From contig OZ316892.1 of the NCBI GenBank assembly GCA_973895155.1, positions 28,774,932-28,838,931 of the forward strand: 64,000 nucleotides of DNA, given 5' to 3'. The notes beneath the pieces were generated by a model. That model was given only the letters and a program-made list of their open reading frames with translations, did no database searches and had not been told where the DNA came from. Shown in pieces: positions 1-13,100 of the stretch. Source of the DNA: Marsupella aquatica. Lineage: Eukaryota; Plantae; Marchantiophyta. The translations under genes and the position numbers were made by a program. How positions within the stretch are numbered: the stretch's first letter is position 1; the number at the start of each line of letters is the position of its first letter.

Positions 1-717
1 CATGCAAGGCGTTCCTGTAGTACCTCTATGTCTATACAATGCATGTAACATTCCATAACAGAATATTACTTTGTCCATAGTAGCTGAAAGGTCTTAGAGT
101 CTCTTGATATTCCTCTACCCATAGTAGTCATGGTGTTTCTTAACTTTGCTTGTTATGTACTCCCTTATCCATAGTAGCCAAAGGGTTTCTTAAGCTATCT
201 TGGTAAATGTTAAAGAAGTTGAAAATTTTCTTGGGTTACTTATGTTACCTTGGTAAATGTTAGTCAGAGTAGACAGTTGAAAAGTTTCTTTCTACTTGTC
301 ATTATTTTAAAAATGTGTAAATTAAGTGTAAATTAAGTAGAACTTGAAACAGATTACCAGAAAACACTAATGTATCAATCACAACGTACTCATCCAAAGA
401 TTGTTTTCTTTCACCCCTATTTTACTCTAACTTTTCTTTACTTACTTGGAATGTTATTTTTCAGTTTTCCATTGTATGTTTTTTGCCTGGCCTCAAAGGC
501 CTTGCCTCAAACACAAATAGACAAATTTGGTTCTTCTTGCTTAATTAGCGGTTCTTCTTTGTGACAAATCATGTTGATGTGGTTCCATGTGCATCCAGGT
601 GTTTTGGAAGGAAATTCCTATGGGGGTATGTAACAAGTCCTTATTACACTAAGGAGATTTTTAATTTGTGTAACTTTAGTAACAGTAAAGGGGCCTAAAA
701 GGTGATCCTGATTTTGA

Positions 718-719
<2 letters not shown>

Positions 720-748
<29 letters not shown>
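720..748. repeat. poly-G homopolymer (~29 G)
   Basis: Uninterrupted G run seen directly; it abuts the left arm of the inverted-repeat element at 750-1770. Confidence 0.9.
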
Positions 749-749
<1 letters not shown>

Positions 750-750
<1 letters not shown>

Positions 751-1770
751 TGCTCCAGGTTATGCTCCTGATGCCCTGAAAAATACAAAAAACAAACCAT
801 GAAGGGCAGGTTACAACCAGCGCTGCCTCTTGCTGTTTGGGAACGTTTGTGCTTTTCAGTGCGTGTTGAATCTACGACGAGCTAATGCCCCGGCGAATGC
901 TCCCCCATTTTCCGGGGCCCCATACACTCACTGCCTGTCCTAGTCTCCGTGATGCCGTTGCCCGCTTCGGCCTGAGTTTGCCAAAACATAAACCAATACT
1001 CTACCATTTTTTACCAGCTCCGGCCCGATCAATTTTGTGCCATCATATCAACTTTGGGTTTATGTTTTGGCACCCATCACTTTTTGTCGCCCTCTCCAGC
1101 CCCGGTCAACTTTGTGCCATCATTGTTTTGGAAAGAAGTGTTGCCAAAACATAAGTTTACCACAACTCCATGGAGAACAAGTATTTGGCACAATGTAAAC
1201 CAAGACTCTATCAATCATGACTCTCAACCAAAGTACGTATATATTAGGGTCCCCTTTAACACTTACTCTAAGTATTACAAAATGGGCATGACTCAGTGGA
1301 ATTGAAAGCAGTGTTGCCAAAACGTAAACCAAGTCGACTCCATCGAGAAGCAACATTTGGCAAAACATCAATGAACCAAGACTCTATCAATCATGACTCT
1401 TAACCAAAATACTACGCTCTGCCTTAACACGTAGACTTTGTTACCAAGCAAGGGTGACTCCCTTCATTGGAAAGAAGTGTTGCCAAAACATAAATCACAA
1501 CTCCATAGAGAATAATTATTTGGCACACCATAAACCAGGACTCCGCAAGGAAGAAGTCAATGACACACTCCATCAGACTGGAGTGGGCGACACAAAATGA
1601 AGGATGCTAAAACATAAACCCAAAATCGATGGCAAAAAGTTGATTGGGCCCAAGCCCGTAACAAAATGATAGAATATTGGTATTTTTTTGGCAAGCTTGG
1701 GCCAAAGGGGATAGCAGCGTTGGGCAGTGTACAAGCCCCCCAAAAAGTGGGGGAGCATTACCTGGACATA
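750..1770. mobile_element. non-autonomous DNA transposon / MITE with long inverted arms and internal direct repeats
   Basis: 961-1100 (gtttgccaaaacataaaccaatactctaccatttt...tttgggtttatgttttggcacc...tgtcgccctctccag) is the degenerate reverse complement of 1576-1710. 750-768 atgctccaggttatgctcc pairs with ~1752-1770 ggagcattacctggacat. Three internal copies of gtgttgccaaaac...actccat.gagaa...atttggca at ~1126, 1308 and 1467. Confidence 0.65.
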
Positions 1771-2477
1771 AATTTAACACATGGTGTGCTTTTCATATTT
1801 AAAGTACATTCAGGGTCACTGACGAGCTGCTCACACCGGATTGTTGGATAGACGGGATTGAAGGCTTTGGGACACAATCATACATGTACAAATATGACAT
1901 ACACTCGCTAAGACATCACTCCATATCATGATGAAACTTGTTACTTTCTTTAAATCAATGAATTCACACCTTATATTTACACATTTTGATGTGTGTTTAC
2001 ATTGGATCTTGAGCCAAAACAGATTCCTCCCATGATTGTTGGAATGCAAAAGCGTTGACGTCCTGCTCACACTCGTGCCAGGCTAGGCTCAACTAGCTTT
2101 CAACAGACCGATGCAACCATTCAGGAGCGACTCCATGTACAGTAAACATAGGGTAGCGACAACTAACAAGAACCTACAGTTCACATGAATCGAGACTGCA
2201 AGAGGCCATGTACTGTAGGTGCCTATATTTTCGATCAACTACTTTGTTGCTTCACCCGGTCTAACAATCCAGATTGTCTCGAATTCCGTGAAAGGATTCC
2301 GACTACTGTGCCCTCAACCATGGGGCCTGTGACAAGCGCCAATGTCGTGGAATTTTGGTCTCTGCGATCTACAGGAAGCATGAACGACGGACACCCTGCT
2401 TGCAATCCTTTCACAGTACCGTAGCCCACATTAGCAAAGGCTGGGCTGCTCAAGTCGAGCTTACACCTTCCATACAC

Positions 2478-2722
2478 GAAACCCTTGCAATCATTTCACA
2501 CTACCTTAGCCCACAATAGACAAACCTAGGCATGCAGTTTGTGTACAGACTGCCTGAAATGCATTAATTTAGGATTCTAGTCCTACAACCGGATATGACT
2601 GTGACCCTTGCAAACTTTTCAGTTTTCACACTACCTTAGCCCACATCAGACAAAATTAGGCATGCAGTTTGTGTACAGACTGCCAGAAACGCATTTAGGA
2701 TTTTAGTGCTACAACTGGATAT
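2478..2722. repeat. degenerate tandem duplication, ~120-bp unit x2 (partial third copy at ~2400)
   Basis: tttcacactaccttagcccaca...taggcatgcagtttgtgtacagactgcc...ggatat occurs twice. Confidence 0.8.
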
Positions 2723-5700
2723 CAGGATATGTGACTTTTGTGATCTCTATGCAGAGTCAGCCACCTAAAGCTGCAGTTTGTCTTTAGGATTTTGCTGTAT
2801 TTTCGACCGCCAGGCTAGCCGCCAGGTCTGTGACTCCTTGGCATCTCTATGGTATGGCTTTACAAGACTAGGCTGCGCTGGCCATAATTTTTCCAGTGGC
2901 TAAAATTAGTCCATTCCACCTCTATCAGAATCATTGACCGCTTTTTGTCTAAACGGGCCAATTTTTCTGGGTCTCAATATTCAGTTTCCCACCACACCAC
3001 AAGGTCAATTAGTCACAATCTGATGGGTATACCTCAAATCTAGTGAGATTTAAGAGTCAGGAATTAATACAAGAAATTGACATAAGGAATATTCTTAGCA
3101 CTTCTTTCCTAATCAAAGGTGTTATTTGCCACAATGGCTAATATTGAAAGTCCTTAAAGATTGCCTTTGCATAAGTGACATTTTTCAGCAAACAAATCTG
3201 GAGGAAGATTTAGTCAGGAATTGATTCAAGAAATTTGTAGGAAGATATAGTCTTCCTACCAAAAATATTCTAAAATGAATTTCAATAAGTGCAAATCCCC
3301 TAAATTAAGAAGGAGCCCAAATTTCGGTATGTTGTGGAGTTCGGACCATACTTCTAGACAAAAACAAGCACTCCAAATCAGCATATACCTGGGCCCACTC
3401 TTGTCATGTAAGACAGGTAGACACCAATAAAGTGCAGCAGTGTCCACTTTGTAAGGTGCTTAATGCTCAGTGATTTTTCCCTTTGTATTTGTCAGCCAGG
3501 GCATTATGGAGCATAATGGCCCTGTCAAGAATCTGGATCATCTCTTTAGTAAGATTTTCTTCTACTTCTACTAAATTTAGAAAGTAAAAAAAAAATCATT
3601 CACTCAGGCCTGTACTAGGGTCCTGTTTTTGGAGCATTATGGGGAATAAGAGCCCCTCAAAACTCAAGCTTAAACTCTTTTTTTGGGGGGGGCATTATAT
3701 TCCATGATGCCCTCCAAAGAGGACTACACAGTATACAGTTTCATCTCTGACGGACAAGAAAGAAACTATGGCCTTAACATCATGTAAAGCGACCCTAGAT
3801 TGGGGTTAAACTACAGAGTTTACTAGTAAGGAAGGTATTGGGAGGTAAATCCTATTGCAAGCAACATAGTATCTTGGGATCCCATTCCTCAGCAAGGTAT
3901 CTGATACCAACATTGGATTTCTAGTGCATTTGTAGGACTCCAGACGATCAACAAGTCCAGTAGCTAAAAATGGAGTGCAAAAACTGGGGGCAAATGACAC
4001 CAAAATGAAGGTATTTGAACCCAATTTTGGCTAGAGGGGACTAAATTGCTAGCAAGGTGGTTGATACTTAGAAGTTTTAAGGGTGGATGATATTGGCATG
4101 TTTTCATCCTATGAGAAGGAAACATAATATTGCCAGTAAAAATTTCCTGTTTGCTCACATGGTACCAATACCCTCAAGATGACAGTTTGGATCAAAGAAA
4201 GAGAACACAAGAGTTCCCTTTTGAGGTCTCCCTTTTGAGGTCAAACAAAATAAATATACTACAGTCGCACCGTGTCTAGTGCAGGCTCTTGTGAAGACAG
4301 TCTACCATGTCTAAGTGCAAGCTCCTGGGAAGACAGTGTACTGTGGCTTAAGTGCATTTAGGCACTTATCCATTTAGGCACTTCTCCATTTATGCATACA
4401 ACTATGTTATGTAGTGGTCAACCATTATAAATGACCTTTTATTCAACCGGATAAATGCATACAACTATGTTATGTAGTGGTCTGCCAGGCATACTTCTCA
4501 ATAAATGCATAACATATGCGCGGGAGTAACTGATAAATGCATATGCACTATTATAGATGCTAGTGCACTTCTGTATTTGTCTTTTAGTAACATTCACCTT
4601 CACTTATAGACAGTGCATTTTTCTTGGTACATTTACAAGGAAAATCATTCTAATTTTAATTGACTACACGACTGCAGTTAACCAAAGAATGCACTTATAC
4701 ACTATGGACTCCCTCCGGGTCAGATCTGTCGACTAGCTTCGGGCAGACGGGCAGTACTAAGTCGGGCAGTACTAAGCGACCTGCCCCTTCGGGCTGCCAG
4801 ACTGACCGCTGACCACCCTCAGAATGACGGGCAGGCGGGCAGGCGGGCAGACCGGGAAAGGCCGCTCCCCCGGCACGATAGCGATCTGCGCCATTCGTGT
4901 GCACTTCGAGGAATGAGGATCACGTGAAGGCTACTCCCAATTCTGCGCAAGACCGAGAAAAGAGAATTGCAAACGAAAGCGCCAGGGAAAGACGAGGAGG
5001 AGGAGCAAAGCAAGAGACTTTCATCTTCTTCTCCTTCAGTTTTCACGGAGAGGCAAAGGGCCGGTTCATGTAGAACCATGGGAAAGACCCTGAATGGAAA
5101 TGTGTGTATGAGCGAGGGAATGAAGGAAATTTAGAGCTTTTGGGAATCCGAAAGAGCCACGGGACCAAAGTTAACCCCTCAATTCCCTTCATCCCTTCAT
5201 CCCTTCATCCCAGGGATGTTGAAAGGTTTGATTCTCCCAGTTCTGAAATCCCAAAGAACAGACACAGCGAAGAGAATTCTGAAGAAATGAATCGCATTGA
5301 AAATGTACATATTAAAAGAGTGGAGCGTTCTTAATGGAAGCCGACTGCAGTGAATTGAAGCTTATGTTGATGAGCTTCATTCCCAACAAGGCTGCTCTGG
5401 TGTGGAACGAAGTGAGAGTTGGTCTCCGAGTTGGTGAAGAGATTGTTTCAGAGTGGGGCTGGATGAATTGAAGCCCGTGCTTTTGTAGCTCTTACTTGGA
5501 CCAGAAATCGGAGAGAAGCAATGAGTTTATCCATGAACGTGATTGGCTGTTTTCTCTTACTGACATTTTTGCTTTTCTACGTGTTGATCTATGTTATTGA
5601 ACGCATTACCGCCCCCAATGTCCGTTGGGCAATAATGAGGTATCCCTGTGCAGAAGGCCCAATCCTGCACTCCGATGTTGCAATAGTTTTTGGGCCTCTA

Positions 5701-7754
5701 GGTAAGCAACGAGTTTCTCCGCTAACGTGGTCGGTTTTTTTCTTTTATTCATTTCTGTGTTCTTTTTACATTTTTGTCTGCCAAGGAGTTGTGACAAGAA
5801 ACTCGGTGAGGAATGACGGGACCTCATATTATCGTGGCAGGGTCTAGAATGCTTCGGCATCCAACTGAGCTCCCCCAACAAATTGGACGAAGAGCTGAAT
5901 AGAAACGAGCCGGTGAAAAGGAAAGTTGTACGATGGTTTCTACTTCCTCCTCAGTCTGCTCCCTTCCGAAGTTGTTATGGCTGATATTAGTAGATGCTGT
6001 CTCGTTTTGAGGACATTGCAGATGTGAAATTGTAAACCTCCAAAGTTTTTCTACTACCTGCGAGTGAGAATCATCCGTACTAACCATGACTTGTTGTCAC
6101 AGAATTTTGCAGCATCTTCGGCTGTGGAATCTTCTGGTCTAGCTATGGAGCTGGGAAGGGAGCTGGGACATCAGTTGTTGATACTTGCCAGTCACAGTCC
6201 AGGATATGGAGAAGACGTGAGTAATTGTGGCTGATTTTACTAGATGCTGTCTCGTTTTTGAGGACATTGCAGATGTGAAATTCCAAAGTTTTTCTCCTTG
6301 CAAGTCACGGACCAGGATATGGAGAAGAGGTCAGGAGTTCACAAATGCAACAAATTTTGATCTCCTGTTCAAACTCGGACTACCAGTTTTCTCGCTAGCG
6401 CTTTACCGACTGGGATCTGCCTTATATGAAAGCATCCACTAGAGATGATCAGACGACTAAAATCTATGATCCGAAAACGTGCTAGCAACGAGAGTGGCGG
6501 GACGAAACATTTGTCACTGATCGAATCCAAAGAATTTTGGATCCAAGACGTCTGCCAATATGAGTTGCATGCAGAGGGACCATGGAGATGTAAGAAAATG
6601 GGCATTTATGCAACAGTCTCCATAAACCAGAATCGTTGAATGCTTAGGCGTGGTGAATATCAACTCTAGCAAGTACAAGAATGTACAGACAAGTTATTGA
6701 GGTACTCGAGCTCGAAAGTAGAAGGTGATTGCAGACAGTTGTCTTGTAGAACTCGATTCAATTTTGCAGAGAAAACTGGCATGTGCATTCGGACTTATTA
6801 CATGGAAACTTCATGATTGGGCCGACTGAACCTTTCATAAATGGTGATTTAGAAACAAGCTAGAACCAGCATTATCCGCTCCTCATCCGATTGCGAAGAA
6901 ATTCCAAGCCACTAGTGAGTTTCCACTAGGATTTCCTTGACTCTGACATGCTCACGAAATTATCCACAATCATTCTTCCTAGGAAAAGTATAGAATTTAT
7001 GGCAAACCAAACCATCAGTCATTCTCGATTAGCTCAATCAGGAGGAGAGACATCCCGGTTTTTGACTTTCGAGCTGGGACAACCAGCTCTTATAGCTCTA
7101 GCAAGAAAGATTTTCCACAGGAGCAATTATATCAGACAATGGATGGATTGAAAGCTTATGAGCTAGATGAATTTGAATGCAAATCAATTGCCCGTATGTA
7201 CATTGGTGACTAGATTGGAGGAATCAATGGCTAGAAGTCGAGCCACAACTGTCCAGACCTCACTCACTAAAATCGAGGACTCGTTTTCAATAATTTGGGC
7301 TGCCAATCAACTCACAGCTGGACGTATTGCATTCACTAAATGGAGGTCATGGAGGATCTGTATATATATCTTGTGCTCCAGAGTCACGCGAGCTGCCAGC
7401 CCCTCCCCGGTAGCTCAGGGATTCGGATCCTCTTCTGCCCCTGGTTGAGCCCAAGCTCGCCCGTCCGCTCTGCCGTATTTATCTGCGCGCAGCTTGACAT
7501 TCCTGGTGGAGCTCTACTCGGGCCTTACGAAGATGCAATTCCTTTTCTGCACACGGCAGAAATCGCTTTCTCACACGAGCGAGAATGAGCGACCTTCCCG
7601 AAACCTTGAGGAATATCCATCGTCGATCTCAAATCCAACCACGAGGGAGGAAGGGAGGTGAGAAGGAGGAAATCTCAAACCCATCTAGCAAAAAGGTACA
7701 TGCGGGCATAGAGGCCTAAACTGCAATGATGAAATCTTGTTTAAATAACATAAA

Positions 7755-7990
7755 GGGCCTGGCATGGACAGAGCTGCTGAGTAGCTCTAGGATTGGAATC
7801 CTCTTAGGTCCTCAGCGGAGCTCAAGGTTCGACTCTTGTCGGCTGCCGGCTTGGATCCTGTGCGCGGTAGAACACCATGCGTAGAGTGTTCGGCCGGCAT
7901 GAGATATCAGTAGGGTCTAGCCTTAACGCCCTGCTCAGGTCCGAAGAGGACGTCAATCCTTTTGTGCAGTGCTTCCTTAAGAGGGAAAAA
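7755..7990 (+). mobile_element. putative tRNA-derived SINE
   Basis: Pol III B-box-like GGTTCGACTC at 7826-7835, a weak A-box-like segment at ~7760-7783, a GC-richer body in AT-rich flanks and a short A-rich end at ~7986-7990. No full cloverleaf seen. Confidence 0.4.
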
Positions 7991-9784
7991 CTGTCCTATA
8001 TAGTCTTTGAGAAATCGTTGTCACTGCGGGAGATTTACAGTCTAAACTTCCATTAGAGATGCTGACAGTTTTGAGGCCTGCTCACTCCTGAGGTCTGCTT
8101 GCTGAATCGCCACTACGGGAGACTCGTTGTCCAAAATCTGTGAGATATCCATCGTCCTTGAAAAAAACAAGAAAAAAACCATCGTTCGTGAAAGCCAATG
8201 GCCTCAATCCTTTGATTCCATGGTCAAATGTTTATGTTTTCTCATGAGCGAAATCGATTGTCACTACGGAGACTTACTGCTCAAAATCGGTGCTACCCAT
8301 CATCGCAGTTGCCGGTCCCGAATCTTCCTTTTCTTGCGTAGGAGAGAAAAACAACGGTCGCTAGGGGAAGACACGGTAATAAATTAAGTGAGAAAGCCAT
8401 CATCGCTGAGAGCCCTTAGAGAAAAGGATTACTTAATGACTGAGGGCACTGACAGGTCCCCAAGCTCTCGAGCCTCTCTGGGAGCACAGTGTGAACAGGG
8501 TGCTCTGCGAGAGAAAAAACGACCGTCTTTTGCGGTGAAAGAAAGAGACCGAACAGAAGAAACCGTTAGCAATTCGTTACGGAGCGGGATCGATCGATCG
8601 ATTGGTTGTTTGTGCGTTTCTAGATTTCCTTTCTTCTCTAACATTACGCTGTGTAGATGAACGCTACGCATGCCAATCCTATCACTTCTGCAGCGGATCG
8701 GGACGACGCCCAAAGACATCACTCCATCGTCAATGTCAATTCCTAGCACAGGATAACAAGAGGCGGAAATGCAGTTCTCCAGAGACCCGTGACATGTCGG
8801 TCGTGCTACGAAATTAGAACGAGATAAAAAGTGAGGTGTTTCCGCATCTCCTCGCACACCATAACTTTGCCATCACAGGGACGTGCATTGGAGCACGATT
8901 GATTGATAACCTGAGAACTAAGAAGATGAAGATGAGAAAGAATGGCATCAAATTTATCATCTCCAATAACACACTATGATCAAGCAACAGAATAGAAAGA
9001 CTGAGGAACTGCTAAGAATCGTACACGCGGACAGGACTGGAAGGACAAGACACCATTGCCACCACCACTTTCTTCTCGGCTCTTAGAATCAAGATTCTCC
9101 CCTCTGTACGTGGAGAATCCAATTGCAGCGCCATTGCAAATCACGTATGAAGAACCAAAATTGGAAAGTGGAAGAATGACGAATTCATGAGTACTTCAAT
9201 TGAGCCGAGCGTTTCTGTACCGATGACGAAAGAAGGTGCTGGTGAAGTGAAGGTTCGGGTGACACAATTTGTCAGCAAACTAGATTTACACGACTTTTGC
9301 GAGATCAGTAACATGACGAGATCTATTTACTTTAGGATTAAGAAACTGCGGCTTGTGTAGAGTCAGGCAGATGTGCAGAACAATTTCTATAGCTTCGAAC
9401 TAGGAACGTACCAGTCTTGTGCAAACTGTCGCAAAGACAGGAACAAAAGCAGGACGATCCTCACAGGTTCGAAAGACTGCTACATCATTAATTAATTACA
9501 GGATGTAGAACGAAACGAGAAAATGCCTGGAATCCCATCAATAACTACAAGACAGACATGAAGAGAAGTCAAATATGGAAAGCACCATTGAAAGATGCAA
9601 GAAGAGACTAGTCCATTAGTTTCACCAGCCGAAGGTTGGTCCTTGAAACACAACAGAAAACGTCCTGGAAGGCCGGGAGTGCGACTGATGCAAAAGAGTC
9701 GGCAGATACAAATAAGAATTTAGTTTGCGAGGACCAACGACGTTCGAAGCGGCGGATCAATCGATCGAGCGAGTAATCGAGCGC

Positions 9785-10171
9785 ATGGATCCGGCAGGGA
9801 TGAGATCTTTGTCATCGTCGTCGGGGAACATACGGGTGACATCCGTGGCGGATTCCGGCGCAGGAGGTGGGATCACCTATTTGGATTACAGCAGAGTTCA
9901 CATCGTGCGCCCGGGCCAGAGCCGTGTCCGGAGCAGTCTCAGCGGAGGGGGAACTATGGTACCGGTTGAGGACGTTGCGAGCGACGACAGGATGGCGATT
10001 GTCGGGTGCCAATCCGTGAGAGTGAGGGAGGTGGCACAGCAGGCAGCCGAGGTGTGCCGAAATGCTCGACAGATCTGCGTCCAAAACGGGAATGCGGGAG
10101 CGGAGCGTGCCGCACTAGACGCTCTCTCGCTCATTGACCAAATTGCCTCCACAAACTTTCGGAAATCATGA
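9785..10171 (+). CDS. hypothetical small protein (~128 aa), no recognised family
   Basis: ATG at 9785 (MDPAGMRS...) within ORF 9725..10171; locally GC-rich; helical-looking C-terminal half (VREVAQQAAEVCRNARQICVQNGNAGAERAALDALSLIDQIAS). Confidence 0.35.
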   Translation: MDPAGMRSLSSSSGNIRVTSVADSGAGGGITYLDYSRVHIVRPGQSRVRSSLSGGGTMVPVEDVASDDRMAIVGCQSVRVREVAQQAAEVCRNARQICVQNGNAGAERAALDALSLIDQIASTNFRKS

Positions 10172-13100
10172 ACACAAATTTCCCTCTTGCACTAATCTCA
10201 GCAAACCTCGAACATTGAAAATAGTCCCGGAGCGTTCTTACCAACATGAATCAAGCTCCTTGAGTCCTAGGCTTGGCCGAATAACTGATACATATGGCCA
10301 CCGACTATTTCTGACTTTGAACAGAGAACCAAAGTAAATCTCTCGGAAACTCCACCGAGAGGAAACCAAAATCTCTCTGGCGTCATCCTTTCTGTGGAAT
10401 TGTCGAGCGATTTACTCTCCCAATCATGTAAATCTTTGGTAGGCCATGGTATGGACTTCAAAGCTTTCCAATGAAACACGGACAGTAGACAGCATCAATT
10501 CGTTCCCTTTCGAGATCTCCAGACTCTCAATAAAAGCCCCGCGTTCAGAAACCATTGTTCAGCATAGCAATTCCATAATTGTCCATGGAGTCCCGAGAAA
10601 AATGCTACAAACATGGGTGAGTACAGAGATTGTGAATGCAAATGTCATCATCGTCCGAAGGAAAGCCAAAAACAATCGTCATTAGAAGAGTCCCAGCTTG
10701 CATGCGTGTTCATGGAATTGATCACTGTTTTCTGCTCAGAGCCATGAAAACTCCAGGGCCAAGCTTTTCTTCAAAATCATACTGCCAAGTTGCTCATTCA
10801 ACAGAACCAACTCCGACTTTGCCCAAAGAGATAGTTGGGTTTCTGCCTTCCACTCGGCACTCCTAATGTGAAGTTTGACCAATTCACAGTTTGAGTTGCA
10901 CGCCATAGCCAATAGGGGTCTGTATTCGGGGATACGTTGAAGATGGACTCCCGAGATCAAAATATTCCAGCTGATAATAGACATGTCTGAAAATTCATGT
11001 ATTTTATATGTTTTGGTGCTTCTTTTGAAAAAGTTAGAGAATGAAACTGGTGAATCCATCTTCCAGTATTTTAATTCAATGTGTCTTACCAAGGTGCATC
11101 CCTTGTATACTTTAGATTTTGAATTTAATCTGGCACCCCTCTAAATTTTTCAATCTTTGATGTACTTTTGATCATCCACCCTTTAACAAAGCTCAGGGGA
11201 AATTCTAGCCCTTAGTGAAGAAGAAATGATCTAATTAAATTGCACTCCTCAGGTCTTTAAGTTCTACTCAAGGTTTTGTGTCCTAAATTTATGATTTTAA
11301 TTCATTTGAATGTCATTACCTAAAATAAGTACATAAGTAAGTGTATAGTATGTACAGAACCCAATATCATAGACTTAAATTTTTCCAGTTCATTATTACT
11401 TTTCTTTACATGTGGACTTTTATTCTTGTACCTTATGTGCACAACTTTTCAATGTCACGTTTCCTGATCAATGTCTTCTTTATATTTGCCACAAAAAATT
11501 AGATCACCTGTATTTCACTAAAAGACTTAAACTTTTTGCTAGAGGACAAAATAACTTTTCATGTTCCAGGATGAGTATGCTATATATTGCATCTGTTTGG
11601 TTGCCCAAAATGTTTGCATGGTTGCCAAAAAGGTTGCCTGGAAACATTTCCTTTAGTGCTATTTTTGTCATTTCTATATGGTTACCAAAAACGTTTGCAT
11701 ACAAATCTTTCCTTTGGTGCTGACTTTGTCATGTCCTGTCACTTTTTGTCAAAAAAGAGTCACAATCATGTCTGGTTAAACAAGTTTGCGGATAGGTTTT
11801 AATCTGAAAACAATCCCTAAAACACTAGAACAATCACTACCTTTGTGGATAAGTCTAATTGTGCCATAAACATTCCAGAGAGTGAGTGAAAATCTCATAA
11901 CTGCTGGAGATACTCTAAAATCTCCATCCAGCAAAATGTCCGTCCAGAATCTCCCAGGCAACAGCAAGGCATGAATTTCCTACGCATGATTGCACACCAG
12001 TATTAACGTTGTCCTGAGCAAGTTGGTTCTCGCTAGATGTAATTTCTGTACAGAATGTCAGTGTAGATCCATTTTCGGTACCTCCTATTCCCACAATCTC
12101 TTGCTCAGAAATAACCTTTTTTTGGACAATAACTACCAACGACAATGGAGATCTGGAGACGGGTTGTACCCTGAACCCTGCTCCAAGAAAGCTCAGAAAA
12201 TTTTCCCAGCTGCCATAGACCAGTCAGGTTTTACTCACTTTCTGGACACAGGTTAATAATCTCAAACCAGACCACCATTATCCTGTATATGCATCCAAGG
12301 GATGAATAGACAACCTAATAACAAACCCAAGGATGTGTTACAAATTCTCATATATATGATGAGATCTCATTAGTGATACTTGGTACAATCTTAATAGATA
12401 TTCCTTGCACAAATATATACATTGGAATTGACAAGGTGCCTTTTCTTCCATATCCATTTCATCTGTAATTTGCAGTACCCTTAAAGCATTCCTCCCACAC
12501 CCTAGATATTCCATTTTTGCATACGTCTGGCTCTACCTTTATTCCTAGACTTCTGAGTTTTTCATGCATTTTGACAGTCTCATTGTCTTTCACATTAGCT
12601 AGACAAGTGATCTATCCAGGTATTTCGTATGAAAGTCAGGGCCAACACATTGTCATTTGCAATCAAATGATTTTGGCTGTTGCACCATGAAAGGGAGAGG
12701 CTTAAAGATCTATTACATAATCAGAATTTGATCACGTGAGTCTATGAATTCATTGTTACCAAAAAAAGAAAGATTTATGTATCAAAGCTAACAAACAAGG
12801 TCCTCCACTAGCATGAATTCAATATTATTATGAGAAAAGGAGGGAGAACGTGGAAGTGAATGAACTAAAAATTTGCTCACAGAACTACCCTATATGGAAC
12901 CCGACAACTATATATACTGCCCAGGCCCTTCCCAGGGCAGGGGAGGCACCATATATAGCTGCTTCCTACATTGTTTTATTAAAGCATTGCTGCTCTCCAC
13001 CCCCATTTCCATCCTCCCTACCACCGCCTTCCCCATCCCCATCGTCATCCCCTTTGTTCCCCTCCCATCAGCACTTTTTCTCGTGATGAAAATTTGCAAC

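Noticed and set aside
618-800. ORF with a poly-proline tract
   Set aside because: Translation artefact of the poly-G run.
3783-4168. LTR plus PBS as a firm feature
   Set aside because: The PBS match is imperfect (tggtacca); no partner LTR or gag/pol seen. Kept only as a hint in findings.
10260-11100. Short ORFs on both strands
   Set aside because: No recognisable motif and frequent stops in all frames.
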